Positions 1 to 14,024 of a DNA stretch of 64,000 bases are shown piece after piece (the stretch's first letter is position 1; the number at the start of each line of letters is the position of its first letter). The position numbers and the translations under genes were made by a program. The notes beneath the pieces are model-generated. The model had not been told where the DNA came from and did no database searches. It saw only the letters and a program-made list of their open reading frames with translations. The DNA comes from Octopus vulgaris (lineage: Eukaryota): contig OX597832.1 of NCBI GenBank assembly GCA_951406725.2, positions 60,388,001-60,452,000 of the forward strand, written 5' to 3'.

Positions 1-217
1 TCTATTTTCCTATTAGCATTTAACCGAATGCTCAGAATTTCTAATTGACTTGGGGATAGCAGAGAAACATATGTAGGTTTTTTTTTAATTCCTTTTGAGC
101 TTTGCAACTTATAATCAATTAATTTGTATTGTAATGTTTTTAAGGGAAATTTTTCAACACTTTTTAACATACAAATAAATTTTTCATTCATCCAATTCTC
201 TCCATTTTCTTTTCTTC

Positions 218-1352
<1,135 letters not shown>

Positions 1353-1749
1353 CATACTGTGTGGGTAAAAGAAAAAACTGTCTTTGATCCAACACCAGAT
1401 GACGAAGTAAATAGTGAAACATCTTGATGTCCCGGAAGTTGTGGTAGTATTCCATACTACATATCTCTATGTAGTATATATGAAGCCCGTTTCGCGGGTT
1501 TTTTTTTTCTAATTCACACTGATCTACAGTCGGAGCACAATTTACTTGATGAGCCACTGGGTACTCTCAGGGTTTAAATATTGCACTGTCTAAGCTTATG
1601 CACATGTATCTTCATTATGTGTGTATGGGTATACGTGTGCGGGCGACTGTACGTATATATTGATGTTTGTTCTCTTCTAACTTTAAGTTTTTGATATCTT
1701 CCAGTAAGGGAGAAGCCGGTTTCTAACAAAGATAAAAAAAACCCATCGT

Positions 1750-2190
1750 TTAAATGTATACTGCAAATAAAATGTCACATTTTGAACATTTTGAAAAATC
1801 TTGCATATTTCTACTCTTCAATTTACACATTGTATTTGTAATGTCCGTGTTAGCTGGTTGATTTCTTTTTCTGTAAAATGCTAGATTTTCCAGACCGTTA
1901 GAAATATACTCACAAAATCTAACAACACTATTTATTATTTGTATAAATTTGAATTTATAATCTGGGTAGAGAAACCGGAGGCTTCGAAGTAGTTGTCCGT
2001 ACTTCGAATACCTCTCTTTGATTTTCATCAGCAGATCTGCTGAACTCCATGACGGGGAATACTCATTCTTGTCTGATCGGTTTCTAATGTAGAATTTGGC
2101 TGAAGATTTTATGGCAATGTTCCGCCAATATTTCTTGTGTTGATGTTTATTTATGCATTCAGCAATGTACTTTGTTCATGCGTAGGCCAA
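1750..2190 (-). mobile_element. Degenerate 3' fragment of an RLE-type (R4/Dong/R2-like) non-LTR retrotransposon
   Basis: The peptide KIKERYSKYGQLLRSLRFLYPDYKFKFIQII, with upstream YWRNIAIKSS..NR, resembles the C-terminal restriction-like endonuclease region (K..KY..L). It is frameshifted. Confidence 0.6.
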
Positions 2191-2888
2191 CAATTTATGG
2201 GGATAATATAAGTCGATGTAATCGACTTATACTATCCCCATAAATTGTTACTTTTTGTATCGACCCCGAAAAAATGAAAGGCAAAGTCGACTTCAGAATA
2301 TAAACTTGGAAGAAAAGCCACAAAGCACTTTTTCCGGCATGGTAACGATTCTGCCTGCTCGCTGCTTTCAACCGATTTATATTCACGTACGAAATAAACA
2401 AGGAAGAGAATCAAGAGGTAACACGGTGCGTTTTAACCGCAGTGTGTAGCACCGCATTATACACTTCGCTCTTCTTGTTGCTCTCGCTGTCAAAAATGCT
2501 GTGATCCAATGATAAAAGAACATTGTTAGTTTGCTGGTGTACGACCAAGTCCGTGGTAAGGACGTGAGCGAAGTTGACCAACTGGTATTTTCTGTATCGA
2601 CTCCGAAAGAATGAATGGCAAAGTTGGCCTCGGCAGCATTTGACCAATCCCATTTTCAACAATTCTTCTTACTGTCACTAACTATTATTTGTGCTACCAC
2701 AAAACCTTTCATCCTTTCCGGGTCGATAAATTAAGTACCAGTGAGACACTGAAGTCGATGTAATCGACTTATCCCCTCCCACAAATTTCAGTCTTTGTGC
2801 CTATAGTATAAAGGATTATTTGTGTAACCACCAACGAAAGATCGCCTTCATTTTTTGATAATTTAATCTTATATCTCTTCATTTTATT

Positions 2889-3262
2889 TATTACCTCCGC
2901 CTTAGCGAAGGCGGGGGTATTGTTTTCAGTCGTGTTTGTTTGTTTGTTTGTCCGTGGGCGAGATATCTCAAGAACCACTGGATGGATTCGGATGAAACTT
3001 TCAGGGACGTTTGGCTTCGTGACTGGTACGAACTGATGAGATTTTGGGACTGATCCAGAACCGGACAAGGATTCTGAATTATTTTTTTCTGTTGTTTCAC
3101 TTAATTTTTGAGAGCGGTCGGGTTCACTTTTAGTATTCTCGTTTGTGAGAGCAGTCGAGTTTATTTCAGATATTCTCATTTTAAAAATCATCTCTGGCTA
3201 ATCGTTGAGAAGACGTTGGTGTTGCCTTGGCGGAGGCTTGCACTCTCTGAGTGCTCTTGGTT
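2889..3262 (+). mobile_element. Non-autonomous Helentron-associated (HINE/DINE-1-like) element
   Basis: Sub-terminal inverted repeats CCTCCGCC (about 2894) and GGCGGAGG (3229-3236), a (GTTT)n tract near the 5' end, a 3' hairpin GCACTC-TCT-GAGTGC (3240-3254), and T-rich flanks. Confidence 0.75.
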
Positions 3263-3438
3263 TTTCTTCTAATCAATTAATCTTTTCGGGCTCAAATGAA
3301 GTTTTTATTTATATTTTGTAAATCAAAAAGCAAATAAAGAACCGCCGCCATCTCGTTACAGCTGCCGTAGTGTTAGTAGTAAGGGTAAAAGTTTAATTTC
3401 GAGCAGACTGGTTATTGCTTTGTGCATCGACAACAATC

Positions 3439-3818
3439 GTGGCACTCCGTCGGTTACGACGACGAGGGTTCCAGTTGATCCGATCAACGGAACAGCTTGC
3501 TCGTGAAATTGACGTTCAAGTGGCTGAGCACTTCACAGACACGTGTACCCCTTAACGTAGTTCTCGGGAAGATTCAGTGTGACACAGTGTGACGAGGCTG
3601 TCCCTTTGAAATACAGGTACAACAGAAACAGGAAGATAGAGTGAGAGAAAGTTGTGGTGAAAAAGTACAGCAGGGTTCTCCACCCACCCACTGCCGGAGC
3701 CTCGTGGAGCTTTAGGTGTTTTCGCTCAATAAACACTCTCAAAGCCCGATCTGGGAATCGAAACCGCGATCCTACGACCGCGAGTCCACTGCTCTAACCA
3801 CTGGGCCATTGTGCCTCC
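3439..3818 (-). mobile_element. Full-length tRNA-derived SINE (family B)
   Basis: Minus-strand head GGAGGCACAATGGCCCAGTGGTTAG..GGTTTCGATTCCC with A/B boxes. Related copies at 4800-5083, 5694-6000 and 35033-35372; fragments at about 29720 and about 36292. Confidence 0.9.
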
Positions 3819-3899
3819 TCATCAAAAACAATGGTAATAATATATTCCTGAAAAGTTGGGTTGCTGTGGGGCTTGGAATAAAATGATGATTCGGTCATA

Positions 3900-4125
3900 G
3901 GATCTCAGTAAAAGGAAATATCCTGAAAGATCTTAGTTGAAAGATTTTAGCTAAAGGGCATTATTCGAGGGACCTTTGTCAAAGGAGCTTAGGTGAGGGG
4001 TTTTTTTTTGTCGGAAAGTGCTTGTCTTGGAACCTTAGTAGAAGGAACTTAATGGAAGAAACTTTGACGAAGAGGTTTCCTGAAGGATCTTGGTTAGAGA
4101 AACCGAAGCCAAAAGACATTAGTGG
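3900..4125. repeat. Ancient degenerate 14-bp minisatellite
   Basis: Units such as GGATCTCAGTAAAA, AGATCTTAGTTGAA, GGACCTTTGTCAAA, GGAGCTTAGGTGAG and GAACCTTAGTAGAA; about 15 units. Confidence 0.7.
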
Positions 4126-4166
4126 TAATTTATGGACAAACTTTTATATTTAGTGCCAATGGATTA

Positions 4167-4208
<42 letters not shown>

Positions 4209-4210
4209 AG

Positions 4211-4312
4211 AATACACAGCACGTATCTAGCCCACGGCAACATGAGTCTCAATATACTGTGGAAGCCATTTTACTTCGGATCATACACACATGGCACTGT
4301 TAATCTCCTAAG
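4211..4312 (+). CDS. Candidate internal coding exon of an unidentified plus-strand gene
   Basis: Acceptor (GT)n-gcgtgtag| and strong donor AAG|GTAAGA, 102 nt. Only phase 2 is open: RIHSTYLAHGNMSLNILWKPFYFGSYTHGTVNLLR. The composition is protein-like but the family is not recognised. Confidence 0.55.
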
Positions 4313-4579
4313 GTAAGATATGAATGTTCTAATCTATCATTTCACCGTCTATTTATTTATTCTTTTATTTATTTATTTATCTTTAAATGGCGATTTATAA
4401 CCTAGAGATGTAATATATAGAGTGGAAAACCAAAGTGAATGTAAGAAACGAATTGAAGTGGGAAATACAGTAAGATAAGATCAGTGACTGGAGATTAGAA
4501 CATTGCTGTTGCGGTGAAACCCCAGGGCGGCACTGTTACAGCAGACTTGATCAAAGATGAAGTAGTCTTGATGTGCGAA

Positions 4580-4610
<31 letters not shown>

Positions 4611-4799
4611 ATTTTGTTATTGCTGTTGTTGTTACTGCTGTTGCTGTTGTTGTGGTTGTTGTTGTTGTCAAACCCGAGCTCAGCTCAGCTCCGCTACACT
4701 AAACCTACGATCAAAGACGGTGTGAACTTGGTATGTGTGTGTGTGTGTGTGTCGTTGTTCTTGTTGATGTTTCTGTAAGGTTCAGGCTCAGCTCTGATA

Positions 4800-5083
4800 C
4801 AATGTCTGTTCCTTCTCGAGCCATGCCTGGCTCATAAGGGCCGGTGTCCCGGTTTCCTTGACGGGACGCCGGTCCGTTGCAGGTGAGCTGCAAGATGCAG
4901 GAGGAAAGAGTGAGAGAAAGTTGTGACGAAAGAGTCAGCAGAATTTACGCCATTACCTTCTGCCGGAGCCGCGTGGAGCTTAGGCGTTTCGCTCATAAAC
5001 ACACACATCGCCCGATCTGAGATTCGAACCCGCGATCCCTCGACCGCGAGTCTGCTGCTCTAACCACTAGGTCATGTGCCTCC
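4800..5083 (-). mobile_element. tRNA-derived SINE with a family-B head and a different 3' tail
   Basis: It shares the head and the CCTAAGCTCCACG..CTTTCTCTCACTCT body with 3439-3818. The 3' part is unrelated. Confidence 0.8.
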
Positions 5084-5693
5084 TCTGATACAATACAAGC
5101 ATGATAAAATGAAAACTCCACCTTGGTCTGTGCGCCGTAGTCGTTGTCGTGATCGCTGTTGTTGTTGTTGTTGTTGTTGTTGTTGTCGTGGTGGTGGTGG
5201 TGGTGGTGGTGGTGGTTGTGGTGGTAGTAGTAGTAGCGGTGGCGGTGATAGTTGTTGAGGTGGTGGTGGTGGTGGTGGTGGTGGTGGTGGTGGAGGTGGT
5301 GCTAGTAGTGGTGGTGCTAGTGTTTGAGGTGGTGGTAGTGGAGATGGTGCTAGTGGTGAAGACGGTAGTGGTGGTGGCGGTGGTCACAGCTCATTTCTGA
5401 TACAGTAGACATAATCAAAGGTAGCGTGCCCTTAGTTTGTGTGTGTGTGTTCTTGTTGTTGCTGTTGATGTTGTTACACCGAAGCTCAGCCCTCGTCAAA
5501 TGCATTCCAGCCGTGACCGTTTCGTATCTTATTTTTTATATGTAGAACTTCCTTTTCTTATGAAGGTGATGTGTTGCTTGAGGGAATTTTGGCTGCTATT
5601 TCTAACAGATCGAGTAACGCTGTAATGGCTTCTTCGTTAATATCGAATACGAGCCGTTGCAGTTATTTAGCCCCTTACGTAATCTCAAATCTT

Positions 5694-6000
5694 GAAGGCA
5701 CGTGGCTAAATGGTTAGGGTTTTCAGTTCACGATCGTATGGTCGGGAGTTCGATTCCCAGCGACGCGTTGTGTCCTTGAGTAAGACATTTTATTTTACGT
5801 TTATTTCCACTCAGCTGGTAAAAATGAGTAGTATCTGTATTTCAAAGGGGCCAGCTTGTGTCACACTCTGTGTCACACTGGATCTCCCTGAAAACTAAGT
5901 TAAGGGCACACATGTCTGTGGAGTACTCAGTCACTTGCACGTTAATTTCACGAGCAGGTTGTTCCGTTGATCGGATCAAGTGGGAAACTCTTCGTCGTAA
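5694..6000 (+). mobile_element. tRNA-derived SINE with a family-B tail
   Basis: Head GGCACGTGGCTAAATGGTTAG..GAGTTCGATTCCC. The 3' half matches 3439-3620 in inverted orientation. Confidence 0.85.
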
Positions 6001-6939
6001 ACAGCAGATCTATGTTGGAAGGCTTTCCAGCCGTGACTATCTCAACTCTTTTCAGATATCTAACGCAATATTTTGCTGTGAAAATTTCCATTATTTTAAC
6101 GATGGTTGGACTCCTCTTGCTGCTGCTGCTGATGATGATGATGATGCTGATGATTATGATTATGATGATGGTGATGATGATAATGATGATGATGATGATG
6201 ATGATGATGCTGTTGCTGCTGCTGATAATGATGATCGTGTTGATGCTCTTACTGATGCTGCTCTTGCTGCTGCTGTTGTTGTTCTTGTTGATGATGATGA
6301 TGATGAGGAGGAGGAGTAGGAGCACGACGACGACGACGACGATGATGTTGATACTGCAGTTGATGTTGCCTCTGTTGTTGCTTCAGCTGTTGTTGTTGCT
6401 GCTGTTGTTGCTGTGGTGGTGGTGGTGGTGGTGGTGGTGGTTTAATCCTCGGTCAAGCCTTACCGAGCAGAACTATGACCAATAGCAGTGATCATCAGAT
6501 CCTTTTCTGGGTGTCTGGCCCCACATTATCTGACGTGACTGTACACTTTTCTGCCAGTTGATGGCAGACCGTTATTTCGATGAGATTTTAGCTATCATTT
6601 CTAGTAAATTTAACAACCACATAAATGTATCCTCGTTGCTCCACTTGGGTCGCTGTAAGCTTACCTTTCAACCATTGGCGATTTCTAGAATCTTGACCTC
6701 TGTTATGATTATCTAACTGTGACACAATGTCATACATAAATGTTTGGGACGGGATATTAAAGAAGGGACGCTTTCGAGTTACTCAACCCGGTATTATTAC
6801 TGGTATATACTTCATCAGACCAGGAGATATGGAAGTCCAGTCGACACAAAAGAGATTTGGAATCGGATCATAGAGGTACTCAACTAAAGCCTGAAAAATT
6901 TTCGGCTAAAAATTTCGGAAAAAAAGAAACCACTCTATA

Positions 6940-7316
6940 GTAGGAAATTTGCTTCGCAATCACTTGGTCCCGAGTTCAGTCTCACTGCGTGGCACCTTGG
7001 TAAGTGTCTTCTACTGTAACCTCGGGCTGACCAAAGCCTTGCGAGTGGGTTTGGCAAACAGAAACTGAAAGAATCCCGGTATGTGTGTGCGTTTGTGCGT
7101 GTGTGTTTGCCCTCCGCTACAGCTTGATAACGGGTGTCGGTGTGTTTACGTCTCCGTAACTTAGTGTTTCGGCAAAAGAGACCGATAGAGTGAGTACCAG
7201 GCTTAAGAAAGAAAATCCAGCACTGGGATCGATTCTTTCGACTAAAACAATTCTCCAAAGCGGGTGCCACAGCATGGTCGCCGTCTAATTATTGAAACAA
7301 GTGAAAAATATAAGAT

Positions 7317-7318
<2 letters not shown>
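6940..7318 (+). mobile_element. tRNA-derived SINE with a CORE-like domain (family C)
   Basis: GTGGCACCTTGGTAAGTGTCTTCTACT..GCCTTGCGAGTGG body. Copies at 10888-11335 and 19052-19432; decayed copies at about 18790, 25676, 29845, 37790, 39143, 40130 and 41030. Confidence 0.85.
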
Positions 7319-7365
<47 letters not shown>

Positions 7366-7614
7366 GTATGTATATATGTATGTATACATATTGAAGGTGC
7401 AGAATAAGCTGATGCAACGTGAAAAAAGGAGAATAAGGAAAAAACACACACAAGCCAAAAAAGAAACACAAAACAAAACAACTAAGTTATATCAGAGATC
7501 ACAGCAAATGTTGAATTTTGATCTTGAATTTATTCACTCAATTTTTCTTTTCTCTAATTAAACGAGGTTTATTATTATTATAGTATTTTCATTATTATTA
7601 TTATTATTATTATA

Positions 7615-7680
<66 letters not shown>

Positions 7681-7734
7681 GTAGAATTTCAAATTTTTGC
7701 GTTCGTTTTTGTTTCAAGTTAAAGAATCATACAG

Positions 7735-7763
7735 AAGGAACTTTGGTCTGTTTTATAAGACAG
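7735..7763 (+). CDS. Candidate 29-nt exon of the same plus-strand gene
   Basis: T-rich tract, then catacag|, with donor CAG|GTATAT. In frame after the 4211-4312 exon it gives (R)RNFGLFYKT(G). An alternative AG lies at 7717-7718. Confidence 0.35.
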
Positions 7764-8246
7764 GTATATATCTTTTTTTTATATATTTCATTTTTCATTT
7801 TTTTTATTTTTTTATTTTTTTATTTTTTGGTAAGGAACCACAAGAGAAAAATCCAAAATAACGAAAATGATTAGAAAAACAACACAGCAAACATTATTAG
7901 TTTTATTTTTGACTAGACACATTCTTATAATATACATTTTGTATATTTTATATAGTATTATATATTTACATATTTATATAATATATATTTGAATATCATA
8001 TATACTATATATTTGATTATCATGTACATATATATATGTTATATATGAATAGATTATATATATATTTTATATACATATAAATATAATATTTATATATTGT
8101 GTATATTTTATACATTATATATACAATATATATAATATATATGATATATTGTATATACAAGTATATATATACAGGCATGTGATGTATAAAATATATATAT
8201 ACACACATATATATCATATATATCATATACATCTATACAACATATT

Positions 8247-8291
<45 letters not shown>

Positions 8292-8334
8292 TACGTACAT
8301 ATTCTACAATATATATCATATATCTGATATATAC

Positions 8335-8374
<40 letters not shown>

Positions 8375-8494
8375 CACATATATATATATGTATATCGTAA
8401 AGGAGATTGTGAACAGGATAACAGGAAGATATAACACCATATACAGGACATACATACATACGTATACATATACATATACATATACAGGACATAC

Positions 8495-8580
<86 letters not shown>

Positions 8581-10014
8581 CCGAAGAACAATAACTGTGT
8601 CAGCTTCAAAGAAATAAAGGGAAATCGCAACTGAATCGCGACTTCCATATCTCAGGAACCCATTCTCAGTACTGTAGTACTCAATACTTTTTACGTAGTG
8701 GTGATAATGTTTTCAATGTTGTTGCTGCTATTGTGGTGATTTATTCTATAGAAACAGGTTTTTCCTACGCAAAGGAAAGGGCAGAACTGAATGGAATCGA
8801 CCTTGATATTCTACTAATACTTCGTTTATTGATCCTGCCTCTTTTTTTTTTTTAAGTACTCCGCCTCGAAAATTCAAAGACCTAATCTTCGGTGGGTTTT
8901 TTTGTTTTTTTTTTCTTTGGTGTATTTACTAAATAATTCTTCCTTACATTCACTCAAGGACATAGATTTAGACAGGAAACAGGACAGATCGATGTAGTCG
9001 ATGGAATCCCAGCTGCAGATGATGGCGACCGCTTAACTCGTGCTTAACTAGTCTCGTAGAAATGAATGTAAAGTCGCCCTCGATAAGACTTCTTTTCAAA
9101 GAAAACTCTGAAAATTGGAAACTAAATATTAGAATGTCAATACAGTCCGGCCGGTTCTCTATTACCGTGTTTTTTTTTTCTCTTTTCTTTTATGAATTCT
9201 TCAATATTTGTAAAGAATGACGATTGTATCGAGAGGATGGAAGAGTGTTCAGTACGCTTTGATACTAAATTTGGTATCAGACACGAAATGGTTGTCATGT
9301 GGATTCACACAATTTCCTTTACGAATGCATGTCTATGGCGATCTCCGTTAACTCCTTCTCACAATTCAACATTGCGACTTGCAACGTTTCAATTCACGAA
9401 TCAATCAATTTCATCTCACTTACGCTGCTAAAGACTGTAAATGCATGAACATCACAGCATCCCCTTTTACTGTCTCTTATGTCATCTCATCAAACGAAGG
9501 CTGCTACTTTTATTAGTGATATGATATGTCATGTTAGTGTGATCACACGTTTTCCAAATAATAAATAATAAATATTTTCAACATGGATTTGAAATCTGCT
9601 TGTCATGGCCTTGATTCGAGCTGGGGTGCAAGCCTTGTTCTTGGTTGTATGGAACCACAGAGATAAAAAAGAATCCCATTAACAGAAAGAGGAAAAATGG
9701 ATATTGTACTCTTCATGATTTTCCAAAGTGTCAACATTTTACATAAGAAAAAGTTAACTTTAACTGAGAATCGAAACCAGGTCTTTGCGGATGCCAGTCG
9801 AAGAGAACTTAGTAATTTACTTTATAAAACTTACTACAGGATTGTTTCCTTTCAGGTTAGTTTCTTTTTGGACTAAAGCACATCTGGTAGTTTGACAATC
9901 CTGATAATATGACAATCCTGATAATATGACAACGTGAACCTCGACTGAAATCAAATCGAGAACTTGGAGAGATGTTACTAAACATTGTCTGTCACTCTAC
10001 CAATGGCTTCAACT

Positions 10015-10220
10015 TTTGGCACAAGGCCAGCAATTTCAAGGGAGGGAGGTAAGTCGATTACATCGACCACAGTGCTCAATTGGTACTTATTTTATCGGCC
10101 TCGAAAGGACGAAAGGTAAAGTCGACCTCGGCAGGACTTCAACAAAGAACGTAAAGACGGACGAAATGCGACTTAGCATTTTGTCCGGCCTGCTAATGTT
10201 TCAGTCAGTTCGCCGCCGAG
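10015..10220 (-). mobile_element. tRNA-derived SINE (family A, Nin/Deu-like central motif)
   Basis: Matches the family consensus GGCGAGCTGGCAGAATCGTTAG..GCCTTTCATCCTTTCGGGGTCGATAAAATAAGTACCAG seen in many copies in the window. Confidence 0.85.
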
Positions 10221-10887
10221 GAATGTGTTACTGTTGCTTAAGTAAACGATTGATTTGAATTTAATACTCTATTGGTTCTTATTTTATCGATCCTGGAACA
10301 ATCAAACACAAATTCAAGCCCCAGGGTCATGATGAAAAACAAAATCATTTCAACGTGATTCGAATTCATAACATAGAGGGATAGATCTGCTGCCTCTGCT
10401 ATTCTACCATCTTCGAACTGCTTCGTTATAGATGGTAATTCCATACTGGATTCCATCAAGTCTGCTAAGGTCTGTTATAGAATATGTCGAAGATAACACT
10501 AGTGGCGGGTGGGGGGAGGCATTGAAGGAATTGTGATGTAAATATACACATAAATAAATATATCTAGTGATCAATAAAGGCCAGATCTTGAGTCGAGTCT
10601 AATCGTGATTGAAAATCTTGACGTCTACTTGTCGTTCAATCATCGGAAAATTGTATCGGTAATGTCTAGAATCCAATACCACTGACGGTTGGTTTTAACG
10701 CTACAACAATCGATTTCTCGTCACTTGATACACAATCAAGAAATTTTTTTAAAGAATAGATGTGAATTGATCTTCGAACGATACTGATTTAATCAAATCT
10801 AGACACGAAAGAGATGGGGTGGAGGTAAAGGTATAAAATAGCTCTGTTCACAAGGATCGTAACACCTTAATAATCGTCCGCTGCCCT

Positions 10888-11064
10888 AGGCATGGCGGCG
10901 TGGTTAAGAACCTCACTTTACGACCACATGGATTCGGTTTCGGTCCCGCTGCGTGACAACTTGGACAAGGGTTTTCCATTATAGCCTCAAATTGACCAGT
11001 GCCTTGTCAGTTTGGTAGACGGAAACTGTCTGGAAGACTGTCATATATGCACATATATTTGTGA

Positions 11065-11140
<76 letters not shown>

Positions 11141-11335
11141 GTGTTTGACAATACCCTCCTCCACTTGACAACTGGTTTACGCCCCCGTAACTTAACAGTT
11201 CGTTAAAAAGACACCGATAGAATAAAGACCAAACTACCTTAATATTGGGGTTGATTTGTTCGACTAAAACCCTTCAAGGCCGTGCCCCACCACGGCCGCA
11301 GTCTAATGGATGAAAGAAGTAATAGATAAAAGATA
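10888..11335 (+). mobile_element. SINE, family C
   Basis: Colinear with 6940-7318 and 19052-19432, with an internal (GA)n/(GACA)n tract. Confidence 0.8.
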
Positions 11336-12082
11336 CTGTTTTTGTTGAAATGTTTTACACCGTCACATTTTATTATATTATACACACAAGGTTTGACTGT
11401 TATACACGAGGATTCACAGTCAATTGAATCAACCACAGTATATTACTGGTACATGATTCTCATTTTATTGACTACTGTCTTAAAGGGAAAATAAATTAAG
11501 TGTGGTCGTTGACGGAACTGGACGCATACATTAGCTTATCGAAATTAAAATTTTTTAAGGCATTCATGTAGTAACATCGTCTGATGATATTTCATCTGTT
11601 TGCTATTATCTCTGGACAAATTCTGGTGTGTGAGACATCGGCAGTGACCTGTTGATAAGTAGTGAGTGAATGAGAAACCAGCCTGGACAACCACAAACTG
11701 AGAACATCCCAGAACTGAGCATGGTGGCAAGTCAGGGAGATCCCAACCTCAGGGATAATTTGTTTGGAGTAGTTCGTTTGCCGCAAAGAAGAGGAGGAGG
11801 AGAGGAAGAAGAGAAGAGGAGAGCTAGAGAAGAAGAGAGGAGGGGAGAAGGTGCTGAGAAGGCGAAGGAGAGAAGAAGTGAAGGAGAAGAGGAAGAGAGG
11901 AGGAGGAAGAGAAGGAAGAGCAAAAGTAGAACAGGCGGAGGAGGAATCTATCTTTCAAAAATCCACTTTCATGAAGGCATCATAATATTGGTCTCATTGA
12001 ATTAAGCACCAAGATCCTCCAGTAGAGAGAGAAAGAGAGAAGGGGAAGGAAGAAGGGGATATATATATATGCGCACACACAT

Positions 12083-12136
<54 letters not shown>

Positions 12137-12972
12137 GTATACATATAGAATTTTCACGCGTGTATAGATATGAAAATATATATGTATGTCTAAGTGTGTT
12201 TGTAAATATGTACACACATGTATTTAAACACACACACACCACACATTTTGTGTTTTGCTGCCCTTGTGGCTAAAACAAAGACCGGACAGAAAGAATGGTC
12301 AAACTGGACAAGGGATAAATCGATACAATTGACGCCAGTGCTTGACAGGTACTTCATTTTATCGGCCCCGGAAGGACGAAAAGCTAAGTTGAACTTGGCA
12401 GGTATTTGAACTCAGAACATAAAATAATATCAGAAAGCATTTTTAGCAACATTCTTACGATTCTGCCAGCGCGCCGCCCTTCTTCTGAAAGCAAAGTAAT
12501 ATTGGTTTTCTGTTCGGCAAGGCACTAAAGCCATATATTTTGAGAACTGGTAAGGGGCAACATTCATGCCTTTTCCGGTGGTGTTAATAATTGTTTGATT
12601 AAAAAGAAACCAACAAACGAAACAATTTTGAAGTTTCCTCTAACAAGGAGCGAAAGCGCGTGGTTTTGTGGATAGAGTGTTGTCCTCAAGATCGCAAGAT
12701 CGTCGTTTCGATTCCTTATCGGGTGGTGCATTGTATTCATGAGCAAAACCCTTTAAGATGTACCAGTCCACTTAGCTGTCAATGGTCCTCCTACCGACTG
12801 GCGTCCTGTTCAGTGAGAGTGCTGCGACCTCGCTCACTTATACGCCTAGGACTCGAGTCAATAATGTCCAGACATTAATGATTGATGACTTACTGGGAGT
12901 CGATCGCTTGCTCATAATTACCGGCTAATTTTTGAGACACTGATTTCTCTTTCGTGTTTTTCCTTCGTCTAG

Positions 12973-13000
12973 GTACGGAGAACTGAATATAGTTAGCTAA
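12973..13000 (+). CDS. Candidate terminal exon (coding part) of the plus-strand gene
   Basis: Very strong pyrimidine tract tttctctttcgtgtttttccttcgtctag|. It reads GTEN* (phase 1, TGA at 12984-12986) or RYGELNIVS* (phase 2, TAA at 12998-13000). About 1.1 kb of SINE-free sequence follows, with AATAAA near 14114. Confidence 0.4.
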
Positions 13001-13425
13001 TGTAAAAACAGGACCTTGTGATGTTCATTGGTGATGAAGTTTTGCTGGATGCCCAAAGTACCCCCACCCCAAATTTTTGGGAGTTCTCTTGTGATCCTAA
13101 TTACCGAGTCTTTGCGTATAAAATATGGGTGTTTGAGATTTTTTTCTGTCGCACTTTTATAGCATTAGAACAACTTGTTTTTAACAAACCTGGGTGGGAG
13201 AGAAAGGTGAAAAAAATTCGGCGTATTTCGAACCCGGAAGGAATGTGAATCAATGTAAATGAATGCTGCGCTTTGTTTGTTACTTTGCTGCCCTCGGCCA
13301 TTTCCTCACAGTAATTACTAACTTCTTGAGTTAATACTTTCGGTATTGGTATATTTTGTCTAAGTACGAGTCCTATATTTTGAAAAGAAGATATAAATGT
13401 GAAGTTGTGGCATTTACGCATTTCT

Positions 13426-13467
<42 letters not shown>

Positions 13468-13739
13468 TCGCCCCGAACCCCCCCCCCGCTACCCCACACC
13501 CACCCTACCCCCGTGGCAATTGGTGATGCAATGAAATATCAATATTCCTCTTGCCAAAATTTTAAGGCCTCTACGTTGTCCGTCTCTCGGTCGTTTCGAC
13601 TATCTCACCGTTTTACTCTCGGATAATAATGATAATAATAATAATAATAAAACAAGGAAACAAAAAGAAAAACGGAATGGTTTCTTTAGGCACAATGTCA
13701 CAGATTTCCAGAAGATAAAGGAACGAGACACTTTGTGTA

Positions 13740-13788
<49 letters not shown>

Positions 13789-13992
13789 GTGTGAAACTCA
13801 TATTTTTCTCAATGAAACCAACGGTGTAAATGAAATTGTAAACTACCATGACTAGCGACCGAAGCTAAATAACGGACTCTACTTGAGACTACGCTCTCTT
13901 GACTGCGAGAAATGACAATAATTTGCTTTGACTAGGCACTTTCAGACCAACATTTTTATAGGGACTATACGTGTGTCTGTGAATTGTGTGTA

Positions 13993-14024
<32 letters not shown>

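Noticed and set aside
3745-3818. tRNA-like sequences with A/B boxes (also at about 5010, 5694 and 19052)
   Set aside because: They are SINE heads fused to repeat bodies, with no complete cloverleaf.
9840-9855. Possible 16-nt plus-strand microexon (tacag|GATTGTTTCCTTTCAG|gttagt)
   Set aside because: The signals are plausible but easily arise by chance, and it is not needed for the in-frame model.
9890-9932. 17-bp tandem duplication TGACAATCCTGATAATA
   Set aside because: An ordinary slippage duplication.
11670-12005. 111-aa Glu/Arg-rich ORF
   Set aside because: It is driven by a purine-rich GAA/GAG low-complexity tract, with no convincing splice signals or homology.
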